From IMG/VR virus record IMGVR_UViG_3300020419_001132: 64,000 nucleotides of DNA; one strand, given 5' to 3'. Both the position numbers and the translations under genes were made by a program. The stretch is from a virus (Duplodnaviria; Caudoviricetes). Shown here piece after piece: positions 39,356-47,704 of this stretch. Under the pieces are notes generated by a model. That model worked only from the letters and a program-made list of their open reading frames with translations, was not told the DNA's origin and made no database searches. How positions within the stretch are numbered: position 1 is the stretch's first letter; each line of letters opens with the position of its first letter.

Positions 39356-39402
39356 TTTGTACTCCTTTTTTTCGTCAGTGCCTAATTTCTAACTATATAT
39401 AC

Positions 39403-39430
39403 AGTATAGCATCACTAGAATAAAAGTCAA
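39403..39430 (-). promoter_or_regulatory. sigma70-type promoter
   Basis: TTGACT-N16-TATACT upstream of the AAA gene. Confidence 0.6.
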
Positions 39431-39450
39431 CCTTTTGTTTACCAAAAAGT

Positions 39451-39831
39451 TTAAGATTGTCGTTTCATTGCTTTAACAAGTCCATATTTACGTAGATCTC
39501 CTGCGAAAAGATGCAGTTCTAATGACTTCTTTTCGTTCGTAACGTAAAGACTATCTTTAGCCATAAAATATGGACAAGTTATAAACTTGTCAAGGAAAAT
39601 TATTGTTTGAGTTGTAATTGCTTTGTTTTTAGGATAAGGTATTTGATAAAATCTAAGATCAAGTGTTTCTTTCAAAAAGATAAATCCTGATTCTGTAAGA
39701 CGTAATCCGCCTTCTTTTTTATCGCGAGTGTTTTGCCACCATAGAGGCATGTGTTCTTTTAGTGTAGCTTCTGATATACTAATGTTTGCTTGTTTTAGAA
39801 ATATTTTTGTATATGTTTCTTTTAAGTTCAT
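39451..39831 (-). CDS. Hypothetical protein
   Basis: 126-aa coupled ORF. Confidence 0.7.
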   Translation of the reverse strand: MNLKETYTKIFLKQANISISEATLKEHMPLWWQNTRDKKEGGLRLTESGFIFLKETLDLRFYQIPYPKNKAITTQTIIFLDKFITCPYFMAKDSLYVTNEKKSLELHLFAGDLRKYGLVKAMKRQS

Positions 39832-40115
39832 TCTTTCACTTCTTCACCTGAAGTTAGCTTTATTACCTTGAAGTCTTTAGAATCAAACATGTCGTTTAAT
39901 TTTTCAGCCAAGTTATGAGCATGTCCAGGATTAGAAAATGAAACCTTTTTATATTTAGGACCGGGATAATTTGTTAAAGAGTTGGAACTTTTTAAATTAA
40001 ATGGTTTGTTTTTGTAGAAAACAGCCCATATAGCTTCTGCGTCTAAAACTTGCTCTGCTCTATACGATTTTTTGTCAATAAATTCTAACAATACATTTGG
40101 CTTTGGTCTACTCAT
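39828..40115 (-). CDS. Hypothetical protein
   Basis: 95 aa; SD AAGGA. Confidence 0.7.
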   Translation of the reverse strand: MSRPKPNVLLEFIDKKSYRAEQVLDAEAIWAVFYKNKPFNLKSSNSLTNYPGPKYKKVSFSNPGHAHNLAEKLNDMFDSKDFKVIKLTSGEEVKE

Positions 40116-40141
40116 ATACGTTCCTTAGTTATATACGTATA

Positions 40142-40149
40142 TATTTATC
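40142..40149 (-). promoter_or_regulatory. T4-late-like promoter
   Basis: GATAAATA upstream of ATG 40115. Confidence 0.45.
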
Positions 40150-40151
40150 TT

Positions 40152-40388
40152 TTAAAAGCCTCGACCGCCGTCCATTTGTATTTCTATAGGTTGATCTTCT
40201 TGGGTATTTTTTTGAATAAGTTTTTCTAAATCGCCGTTTAACCTAGCTAAAACAATACCTAAAGTAAATGCTAACGTTTTAGCTTGAGAAATATCAAGTC
40301 TTACTTCATTAGACCTACTCTGATCTGCACCTTTTACCTGTTTTAAGAACTGTTCTAATGGTGCAGTATTAATTGGTTCTTTTTCCAT
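40152..40388 (-). CDS. Hypothetical protein
   Basis: 78-aa coupled ORF. Confidence 0.7.
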   Translation of the reverse strand: MEKEPINTAPLEQFLKQVKGADQSRSNEVRLDISQAKTLAFTLGIVLARLNGDLEKLIQKNTQEDQPIEIQMDGGRGF

Positions 40389-40845
40389 TTGCTCTTCCTA
40401 ATGCTTCTCGCATTTCTATTTTTGTTTTGAAAGGCCCTTGGTAATCATAAGTTTCTAAAGTAATAAGTTTAGGACAAAAACTTTTCACCCAACCTTTATC
40501 AAATTTAATTATATAAAATCCTGCACAATATAAACTTTTTGACTTGTAACTTTTTGTAAATAATGGCAGTTTATTTTTTACATCATACAGTGGATTATAA
40601 GGAACAGTAGTTGTAGGAAATCCGTGGCATTCTTTGGTATCAATTACAGTAATTTGCAGTTTATTCCACTTTATTGGTTCCCCTATTGCTCCAGTTACAT
40701 CTCCTTCGCTATCAAAAAATCTTGTACCATTTGAATCGCTAAGTAGATATTTTTCATCTGAAAGAGTTAATGTTGCAACTTTTTGTCCGTTCTCTTCTAA
40801 TATCCAAAATTTGCCATCAACTATTTCTTTTGCAGTTATACTCAT
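40369..40845 (-). CDS. Hypothetical protein
   Basis: Likely start 40845 (TAATG overlap). Confidence 0.7.
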   Translation of the reverse strand: MSITAKEIVDGKFWILEENGQKVATLTLSDEKYLLSDSNGTRFFDSEGDVTGAIGEPIKWNKLQITVIDTKECHGFPTTTVPYNPLYDVKNKLPLFTKSYKSKSLYCAGFYIIKFDKGWVKSFCPKLITLETYDYQGPFKTKIEMREALGRANGKRTN

Positions 40846-41114
40846 TATGTTTCTAACTCCTTTTCTATTATTCCTTCTTTTGTTAGTTGTTTTACTACGT
40901 CTTGATCCACACATGAAACCATATGTGGTCTGTAGTCGCTTCCAAACTCTTCGTACAATTTAAACAATATTTTATTTCCGTTTAAGGTTGCATATCGCTT
41001 ACATTGATCTACTGAGGTGAAAGTTGGTTCGGTAAAGACATATGCCATTGGCGGTTCAACTCCTTGTAGTTGACTGTTTAGCAATGTCATTAGTGCTACA
41101 ATATAGACTGTCAT
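40845..41114 (-). CDS. Small hypothetical protein with hydrophobic N-terminus
   Basis: 89 aa; N-terminal hydrophobic stretch and two Cys. Confidence 0.65.
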   Translation of the reverse strand: MTVYIVALMTLLNSQLQGVEPPMAYVFTEPTFTSVDQCKRYATLNGNKILFKLYEEFGSDYRPHMVSCVDQDVVKQLTKEGIIEKELET

Positions 41115-42100
41115 TTGTATCTTCCATTCAAAGGTTCAGCATATAGTTGTGCTTGTTCGCTTACTCTTTGTAAGTCCCACTTAGCACAGAATTTCATTAG
41201 TTTCATGCCTACTTGTGTTACTGATTTAGGGTTCTCTGTAGCATCTTCAACTACATCATTTATAATCGATCTAATGTTGCCAGGTTGTGCAGTCAAATCA
41301 CATAGTATTACATTACGATTGTAGTCATCTAGTACACGATGTTCTACACCTTCGTGATCAACCCACCTTTGTAACATCATATTATTCCAGTTATAGCCTT
41401 TTGTATCTTTATCTTCAAATGCCTCTTGTAAGCCTACTTTGTTTCTTGTGCCTTTTTTACGTACACCAGGAAAAGCACTAAACACATTATCACTAGTATC
41501 TCCTCGCATACACTTTTCAAATAACATATATGCAGGATTAGGTGCAGGCTTAGGTTCTCCTGTCTTTTTGTCAAGCACGGGTTTCTTTTTCTTATCGTCA
41601 AAGTAACCTTCATGTGTAATAATTGTATTGCTAACACCGTTATATTGTTTTACATTAGGTGCAATAAGTTGTGCAAAGTCTCCATCAGTTGAAATAATAA
41701 CATGATTATCATTTGGATGTGCTTGTACCCAACCTGCAATTAAGTCATCTGCTTCTAGTTGCGGATTTTGTAATACAGTACAGTTTGTCTTTTCTTTTAC
41801 AAAGTCTTTAAATAGATCAAATGTTTCCCAAAAAGTTTTATTTTCTTCTTGCTCTGCTTCTGTCAGTGCCTCTCTAGCATCTTGTCTATTTCGTTTGTAA
41901 GGCTCGTAAAAGTCTTTACGCCAACTACGACCTTCTAAACAGAATACAACATGATCACCATCAAAGTCTGCCCATGCTTTTTTTACACCACTAAGTGAAA
42001 TGTGCAAAGCCATGCCAATCTTTGTGTCAAGGTCTCCCCTTACTACATGTCTTGCACGAAAAAATGTATTAGCAGTATCAACTAGTATATATGTGGCCAT
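41111..42100 (-). CDS. rnh: T4-type RNase H / 5'-3' flap exonuclease
   Basis: ILVDTAN, FCLEG..SWRK, LEADDLIA, ISTDGDFAQL, GDTSDNV. Confidence 0.85.
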   Translation of the reverse strand: MATYILVDTANTFFRARHVVRGDLDTKIGMALHISLSGVKKAWADFDGDHVVFCLEGRSWRKDFYEPYKRNRQDAREALTEAEQEENKTFWETFDLFKDFVKEKTNCTVLQNPQLEADDLIAGWVQAHPNDNHVIISTDGDFAQLIAPNVKQYNGVSNTIITHEGYFDDKKKKPVLDKKTGEPKPAPNPAYMLFEKCMRGDTSDNVFSAFPGVRKKGTRNKVGLQEAFEDKDTKGYNWNNMMLQRWVDHEGVEHRVLDDYNRNVILCDLTAQPGNIRSIINDVVEDATENPKSVTQVGMKLMKFCAKWDLQRVSEQAQLYAEPLNGRYK

Positions 42101-42485
42101 TTAACTCTTCTCTTACGTATCGTTGCAATTCGTGATCTCCCACGTCTTCGGGTATTTCGTTCTTGTAAAAAAGTCTATAACTATCAGAACCATATTTCCC
42201 AACTCCATATAACATAGTAGCATCTTCTCCGTCCCATGTCAAGTAACTTTGGGTCATTTTTCTTATAGAATTTTCACGCCTGTTATAAAATCCTAAACTT
42301 CTGATAACTTCTACAACATCTTCTTTTTTACTTTTAAGAAATGATTCAGCAGTAGGCCATTTTGCAAAGAATACAGGTAGTACACGTTTCACTTGAACTC
42401 TACCTGTTTGATTTAGACAAATTACACCTACAAAGTGTTGCCATAAATTTGCAACCTGTTGTTGCACCATTAGATCTTCTCTCAT
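42078..42485 (-). CDS. Minimal HhH-GPD DNA glycosylase, MBD4-like
   Basis: ICLNQT..FFAKWPTAE..LGFYNRR..LYGVGKYGSDSYRLF..DHEL parallels the MBD4 catalytic domain. Confidence 0.75.
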   Translation of the reverse strand: MREDLMVQQQVANLWQHFVGVICLNQTGRVQVKRVLPVFFAKWPTAESFLKSKKEDVVEVIRSLGFYNRRENSIRKMTQSYLTWDGEDATMLYGVGKYGSDSYRLFYKNEIPEDVGDHELQRYVREELNGHIYTS

Positions 42486-42772
42486 TAGTCTTCTCTTTTA
42501 TATACAGGCCTTTGACCAAGTACCATAGGAACATCTAAATTAGGTGTAATTTCCACTTCTGCACAACTAAGATACTCTATATTAACATCGCCAAATTTCT
42601 TTTTGCTATGGTCTAATAATCCATTAAGCAATTTTGCTTCATAGTCGTTATAAAAAATTACACATTCATCGTATGAAGGAAACTGTAGTTGATAACTAAA
42701 TAGGTTTTCAGTTTTATTAGGGTTATCTATATAGCTTACTGTAGCTAAAAATATTATAGCAAAAAATTTCAT
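42485..42772 (-). CDS. Hypothetical protein with signal-like N-terminus
   Basis: MKFFAIIFLATVS hydrophobic start. Confidence 0.65.
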   Translation of the reverse strand: MKFFAIIFLATVSYIDNPNKTENLFSYQLQFPSYDECVIFYNDYEAKLLNGLLDHSKKKFGDVNIEYLSCAEVEITPNLDVPMVLGQRPVYKRED

Positions 42773-42773
42773 G

Positions 42774-43172
42774 TTAGCTAACCTCTGATTTTTCTTTATC
42801 AATTGGCTTCACATTGATATATCCTATATCTCTTTGTGTGTCAATGCCATCTTCTTCTAGAATTTGAATTGCAATAGTTCTAAACCAACCGTTCACAATT
42901 TCTTCATTAGTTTCACCTGAGTAACCTGCATCAAGTAGTTGTTCAATAAACTCGTTATTCCAATCGAGCTCGAAGAATCCGTTCTTGATGTTCTCAGGAT
43001 TTACTTGAGTATCAAGAACACCTACCCAAGGTTTACCTTCTTTTGTAGCTTCATCTTTTTCTTTTTGTAGAATAGCTCTACGTTGTTCTTCTGAACTAGT
43101 TTCAGGTGCAGTTTTTTCAATCTTAGGTGTAACTCCTAATATTGTTTTTAACTTTTGCCATTTATTTTCCAT
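42774..43172 (-). CDS. Hypothetical protein
   Basis: ORF with conserved-looking PWVGVL..FFELDWN segment. Confidence 0.7.
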   Translation of the reverse strand: MENKWQKLKTILGVTPKIEKTAPETSSEEQRRAILQKEKDEATKEGKPWVGVLDTQVNPENIKNGFFELDWNNEFIEQLLDAGYSGETNEEIVNGWFRTIAIQILEEDGIDTQRDIGYINVKPIDKEKSEVS

Positions 43173-43186
43173 ATGTTTTCCTTTCA

Positions 43187-43366
43187 TTACCATCCTGCCT
43201 TTCTTATTCTATCTGAAGGGTCTTTATCAACCTTAGCCTTCATTGCTTTTTGATGTTGTTTATTTTTGTATTCACGTATGTTTTCAAGTTCGTATTCTGG
43301 ATACGGTGGATGGTAGGGCTTGTTTGCTGGCTTACTTTTAAATAGATTTTTTATAAACTGTAACAT
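43187..43366 (-). CDS. Small hypothetical protein (59 aa, not in ORF track)
   Basis: MLQFIKNLFKVKPANKPYHPPYPEYEL...RKAGW*; fills the gap between genes. Confidence 0.6.
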   Translation of the reverse strand: MLQFIKNLFKSKPANKPYHPPYPEYELENIREYKNKQHQKAMKAKVDKDPSDRIRKAGW

Positions 43367-43367
43367 G

Positions 43368-44297
43368 TTAAGTTCCTATTGCATTACCAAACAAGTATAC
43401 ATGTACTCTTGCCGCTACATTATATCCACGTTTAAATGCCTTTTCAGCAACTTTGCCTGCACCTGCTATTTGTTCTTCTTCTCTAGCACCTGTTGGCATA
43501 ACCCATATAGGCCAATCTACACCTTCTGCTTTAAACAGTTTAATAACTTCTTCCATTTCTTCCCACTCTCTATCGTCTGGACCAACTACAAACTTTAATT
43601 GTCCTTTATCAGAAAGTTCTCTGTACTCTGCTACTATTTGAGGCTTGATTGCTTTTTCTCTTTTCTCACCTGCAACTGACCATAGTTTAGGACTACAACT
43701 AAAAAATATTTCTGTGTCTATCCTGTTTACCCATTCCTTAAACGGATCTCTTAACTTTTGTGTTCCGTTAGTTTCAAATGTCATACTGCCCGGCAAGTTA
43801 CCTTGTCTTTCAAGTTCTTCATATATTCCGACAGTTGCTGTCTGTCCAGTTACCATTAAAGGCTCTCCGCCTGTAATACATAAGTGTTGACTTTGTCCTG
43901 TTACTGGATGTTTAAATAATCCTTCAGGATTACTTTCGTTTTTCAATATGTCAATAATTTTATTCGCCATTACTGTCGGCGTTTCTTGACCCATCAAGTC
44001 TTTAAACTTCTTTGCCCATGTGTAACTACTATCACAACCTTTATCCCACACAGGCAAGTCTTCAACTTTTTTTACTGTTGATACATCAAAATCTTGAAAA
44101 GGTAATTCATATGTATCTGGATTTGTAGGATCTAATTGTCCAAATCCGTTGCATTGTAAATTACATAAAAAGAAACGTATCCAAGCCGTAGGCACTCCTG
44201 TGTAATGTCCTTCGCCTTGAATACTATGAAATATTTCTGAATAGTAAAACTTCTTTTCTACAGTTTTACCAAATTCATGTTGTGCTAATGCAGACAT
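43368..44297 (-). CDS. queE: 7-carboxy-7-deazaguanine synthase (radical SAM)
   Basis: YSEIFHSIQGEGHYTG..WIRFFLCNLQC...CDSSYTW; ITGGEPL; ETNGT; SPKL; RVHVYLFG. Confidence 0.85.
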   Translation of the reverse strand: MSALAQHEFGKTVEKKFYYSEIFHSIQGEGHYTGVPTAWIRFFLCNLQCNGFGQLDPTNPDTYELPFQDFDVSTVKKVEDLPVWDKGCDSSYTWAKKFKDLMGQETPTVMANKIIDILKNESNPEGLFKHPVTGQSQHLCITGGEPLMVTGQTATVGIYEELERQGNLPGSMTFETNGTQKLRDPFKEWVNRIDTEIFFSCSPKLWSVAGEKREKAIKPQIVAEYRELSDKGQLKFVVGPDDREWEEMEEVIKLFKAEGVDWPIWVMPTGAREEEQIAGAGKVAEKAFKRGYNVAARVHVYLFGNAIGT

Positions 44298-44497
44298 TAT
44301 ACTATCTCTTCTACAATGCCTAACACTTCAGCTAGTACAAAACCAATACCTGCAAACATCATTAAGTAACCTGAGTAAGCAATAACTATATCTGTATAGT
44401 CGTTTGCCGCCCAAAGTTCATAACCTGCGTAAGCCAATACGCCGCCTGCTAATATTCTTAAAACACTCTTTACCATACTTACTGTAAAATGATTCAT
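44297..44497 (-). CDS. Small membrane protein
   Basis: 66 aa with two hydrophobic helices. Confidence 0.65.
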   Translation of the reverse strand: MNHFTVSMVKSVLRILAGGVLAYAGYELWAANDYTDIVIAYSGYLMMFAGIGFVLAEVLGIVEEIV

Positions 44498-44508
44498 AAT
44501 ATATCTCC

Positions 44509-45204
44509 TTATTTGTTACAAGCAAATTCTTGTTGTAGTTTAATATTATCCATAAACTCTTTTTTAGTACCTGGATCGTCACCAAATGCTCCACGTAGTA
44601 CAGTTGTTTGTGTTAAACTACTATGAGCACCAATACCTCTATTCTCACAACAACCGTGTGTTGCTTGTAAATAAACACCTACATTAGGACTATTAGTTGC
44701 ATGTTGTATTTTATTAGCAATAACGTTATTAAGTTCTTCTTGTAGTGTTCCACGTCTAGCACACCATTGTGCAATACGTGTATATTTAGAAAGTCCTATA
44801 AGTGTTTCTGCGGCAATTATGCCAATATATGCAACACCGCTTACTGGTTGATGATGATGCGAACACATACTTTTAATTTCGCTTCTTACAACTAACATTC
44901 CTTTATAACTTTCTGTACTGTCATTAGGAAATGCAGTTGCATTAGGCATAGGATTATACCTACCACTCATCAGTTCATTTATATACATTTTTGCTAGTCG
45001 CCTGCCAGTATCCATACTGTTAGGATCATTAAACCTATCAATTACTAAGCCATCTAGTACAGATTCAAACTTAGGAGTCAATTCTTCAATTAGTGCCTCT
45101 TTGTCGCCTTTTTGTAAGACCTCAGAAATGTTGTCACCTGCCCAATAGCGGATGCCAGCATCTTGTAGTCTCATGATAATTTCTTTACTTTTACTCATTT
45201 TCAT
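44509..45204 (-). CDS. folE: GTP cyclohydrolase I
   Basis: SMCSHHHQP, GLSKYTRI, LQEEL, HGCCENRG. Confidence 0.92.
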   Translation of the reverse strand: MKMSKSKEIIMRLQDAGIRYWAGDNISEVLQKGDKEALIEELTPKFESVLDGLVIDRFNDPNSMDTGRRLAKMYINELMSGRYNPMPNATAFPNDSTESYKGMLVVRSEIKSMCSHHHQPVSGVAYIGIIAAETLIGLSKYTRIAQWCARRGTLQEELNNVIANKIQHATNSPNVGVYLQATHGCCENRGIGAHSSLTQTTVLRGAFGDDPGTKKEFMDNIKLQQEFACNK

Positions 45205-45241
45205 TCTCCGAGTTATAGACGAGGATGTCTATTATGTTATT

Positions 45242-45270
45242 ATTATACAATATATTTAGGCGATTGTCAA
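45242..45270 (-). promoter_or_regulatory. Consensus sigma70 promoter for the folE-queE operon
   Basis: Perfect TTGACA-N17-TATAAT. Confidence 0.85.
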
Positions 45271-45317
45271 TCAAAACATTCGCCCAAATTAAATTTTTGC
45301 TTGTATTTAGGTTTTTC

Positions 45318-45554
45318 TTACCCATTCAATACAGTTTTGTCGGAACTTTCAGAAAAATATTTGTCCAACATAGATAGTCTATCGTCTGCCGCCGCTAGTT
45401 TGTTTAATTCTTCTATCACTGCTTCTGTAATATCAGAATGTTCACCTATTCCAGCGGGCATAGTTTGATAGACTTTAATATTGGCCATATGGACCGCTAT
45501 CTCCCCCTCTGCCTGCTTTCTAGCCGCAATCAATAAAGCTTCACCTGGCTTCAT
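45318..45554 (-). CDS. Hypothetical protein
   Basis: 78 aa; GIGEHSD motif. Confidence 0.7.
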   Translation of the reverse strand: MKPGEALLIAARKQAEGEIAVHMANIKVYQTMPAGIGEHSDITEAVIEELNKLAAADDRLSMLDKYFSESSDKTVLNG

Positions 45555-45907
45555 CCATTACTCTCCTTACGTTTTAGGTAATTTCCTTTGTTAGGAATTA
45601 CGTTTCTGACCCCACCTCTGGGATCCTCGATATCCCCCTTATTACGGGGAATTAAGTGTACATGAGGATACATCACAGTTTGTCCTGCGGCCTCACCTAC
45701 ATTTTGTCCTATATTAAATCCATCACATATATTATCTTGTACCCATTCATATCCCCAGCCGTATGCGGCTTTATAACAATATGCTAAACACTCCCATGTT
45801 TCTTCTTTAGGCACAAACAAAATATGTCCGTCTGTGACCGGAAATCCGTCTCTATAAACTGTATAATGCTTCGTATCTATTACTATGTCAGTCCAAGGTT
45901 TATCCAT
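45551..45907 (-). CDS. HIT-family nucleotide hydrolase
   Basis: GHILFVPK; FNIGQNVGEAAGQTVMYPHVHLIPR. Confidence 0.88.
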   Translation of the reverse strand: MDKPWTDIVIDTKHYTVYRDGFPVTDGHILFVPKEETWECLAYCYKAAYGWGYEWVQDNICDGFNIGQNVGEAAGQTVMYPHVHLIPRNKGDIEDPRGGVRNVIPNKGNYLKRKESNG

Positions 45908-45912
45908 AATAT

Positions 45913-46251
45913 TTAATTTCCTACAAAAAAGTTAACAATGCCTGTTGCAAAAATAAAAACTGCTACTCCATTAATAAAAACTAGTGCTCTGTCATGCCAA
46001 AGCATACCTACTACTCCCCAACCCATTACTCCACCAAGATGAAAGAATAAGTTATATGGCTCCATACCTCCAGCACTGGTCAATACCATTCCAATAAGAA
46101 TAATAAAACTAGAAGCCCATTTAATATACCAACTTAGATCGTACTTAGGTGTAATCTTTTTAAACACTCTACTAGAGTTTAACTCCTTAATCTTATCGTC
46201 TAAATTAGGAACCCACTTTTTTATTTCTTTTTCTATATCTTTTTTATTCAT
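45913..46251 (-). CDS. Small membrane protein
   Basis: Three hydrophobic segments. Confidence 0.65.
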   Translation of the reverse strand: MNKKDIEKEIKKWVPNLDDKIKELNSSRVFKKITPKYDLSWYIKWASSFIILIGMVLTSAGGMEPYNLFFHLGGVMGWGVVGMLWHDRALVFINGVAVFIFATGIVNFFVGN

Positions 46252-46798
46252 ATGTTCCTACATTTTCCCAAGGGTAAACTAACCAAACATCTTCTTCTGC
46301 CTTGTTCACCTCATGACAAGAATAGTGTGTCTTAAATTTAAAGTCACTAGCTAAATTATCTGTTATAACCGCAAATCTTACATTTTCACACCAAACATTA
46401 CGCCAATGATCATCTTCAGGGTAACAACTACTTTGCCAGTCTTCAACAATCCAATTGAATGTTGATCCTGTATCGTTAATATCGTCAACAATTAATATAT
46501 TCTTTCCTTGTCCGTTACTGTCTGCATTAGGTGTTCCAAATGCATCTTCTGCCATCCAAGCATTAGATTCGTTTGCATATCCACTGTCACGTAAACTAAC
46601 TTTTATTGCTTCACAACGTATGCCGGTCATATTAGAAATAATTGTTGCAGGAACATTGCCGCCTCTTGTTATTCCTACAATATAATCAGGTGTCCATTGA
46701 TCCTTATACATTTGATTTACAATACTTGTGCTACAATTTTCTATGTCTTTCCATGTATAGAAATGCTTTTTAATCATATTACCAAACCCAAGATACAA
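46244..46798 (-). CDS. Type I phosphoribosyltransferase (xanthine/guanine PRT-like)
   Basis: IVGITRGG; ILIVDDINDTGSTF PRPP-binding loop; WLVYPWE. Confidence 0.85.
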   Translation of the reverse strand: MYLGFGNMIKKHFYTWKDIENCSTSIVNQMYKDQWTPDYIVGITRGGNVPATIISNMTGIRCEAIKVSLRDSGYANESNAWMAEDAFGTPNADSNGQGKNILIVDDINDTGSTFNWIVEDWQSSCYPEDDHWRNVWCENVRFAVITDNLASDFKFKTHYSCHEVNKAEEDVWLVYPWENVGTYE

Positions 46799-47339
46799 AA
46801 CTGTACCTTGTCCCTTCTGTTATTAATGTTACTTTGTGTGAGTACATAAATGTACTTGGAAATATAAGAATATCTCCTGCTCCTAGCTCAACTTTATTGT
46901 CGTCTAGCATAATAAAATCGCCGCCTGTAAAGTTATCGTTTAGTAATCCTACTACAGACAGGGTAGGAATACCTTTTCTTTCACCGTCGAACATCTGTTG
47001 AACTCGATCGGCATGCATATGCATCTGTGTATTTTCATCATACTTATTAAACCTAACATCCGTAAATCCGTCGAATCCTTGAAGTGTAGGTAATGCTATA
47101 TCTTTTTCTATGTATTGTATTAGACTATCTTTAACAATATGATGTAGTTCTTTATAGTGAGGCACTACTTGGTGAGATATAGAAAGTTCAGTATCTGTAC
47201 TAAATTTCTCTTTTTCACTATGGGAATAAAATGTATGCTTTTGCCAATCATCTTGGAAATTATCAATTATAGTATTGCATATGTTTACAGGAACTTTTTG
47301 TTTTTGAACGACTACATAAGACATAAGATCTTTCTTCAT
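46779..47339 (-). CDS. 2OG-Fe(II) oxygenase (P4H-like)
   Basis: MHADR..LNDNFTGGDF..FPS..YSHKV..GTRYSFVSW. Confidence 0.85.
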   Translation of the reverse strand: MKKDLMSYVVVQKQKVPVNICNTIIDNFQDDWQKHTFYSHSEKEKFSTDTELSISHQVVPHYKELHHIVKDSLIQYIEKDIALPTLQGFDGFTDVRFNKYDENTQMHMHADRVQQMFDGERKGIPTLSVVGLLNDNFTGGDFIMLDDNKVELGAGDILIFPSTFMYSHKVTLITEGTRYSFVSWVW

Positions 47340-47704
47340 TATACATCGCCCTCCTTCTTTTTATTAAAGTCTGACTTACACATATCATAAAATAATTTAA
47401 AATTTCTCCAAGCCTTATCTAAACCTGGATAATCTTTAGACATTTCTTCCACATCATTTTTAAAATTAGTTTCTGTATAGGATGCTTCTCCGGGACTAAT
47501 ATTCACTGTGAACTCTGATCCAGTATCATTTGTTCCATATGTTAAAGGATCAAACCTTCCATCTCCATAAGATACACCGCTTGTTCCTCCGCCTGTTGAT
47601 GTTACATCGTATGTAATAGTATCGCCTAAATCTAAATTGAGTTGATCGATATTAACAGTTACAGTATCTTCCAAGTTTATTTTGTAAGTGGTATCATCTC
47701 CCAT
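47339..47704 (-). CDS. Hypothetical protein
   Basis: 121 aa; ends in a YPGLDKAWRNFK motif. Confidence 0.65.
   Translation of the reverse strand: MGDDTTYKINLEDTVTVNIDQLNLDLGDTITYDVTSTGGGTSGVSYGDGRFDPLTYGTNDTGSEFTVNISPGEASYTETNFKNDVEEMSKDYPGLDKAWRNFKLFYDMCKSDFNKKKEGDV

Noticed and set aside
45205-45241. preQ1 or THF riboswitch upstream of folE
   Set aside because: The leader is only about 30 nt with one hairpin and lacks the A-rich 3' tail or second stem; kept only as a generic hairpin finding.
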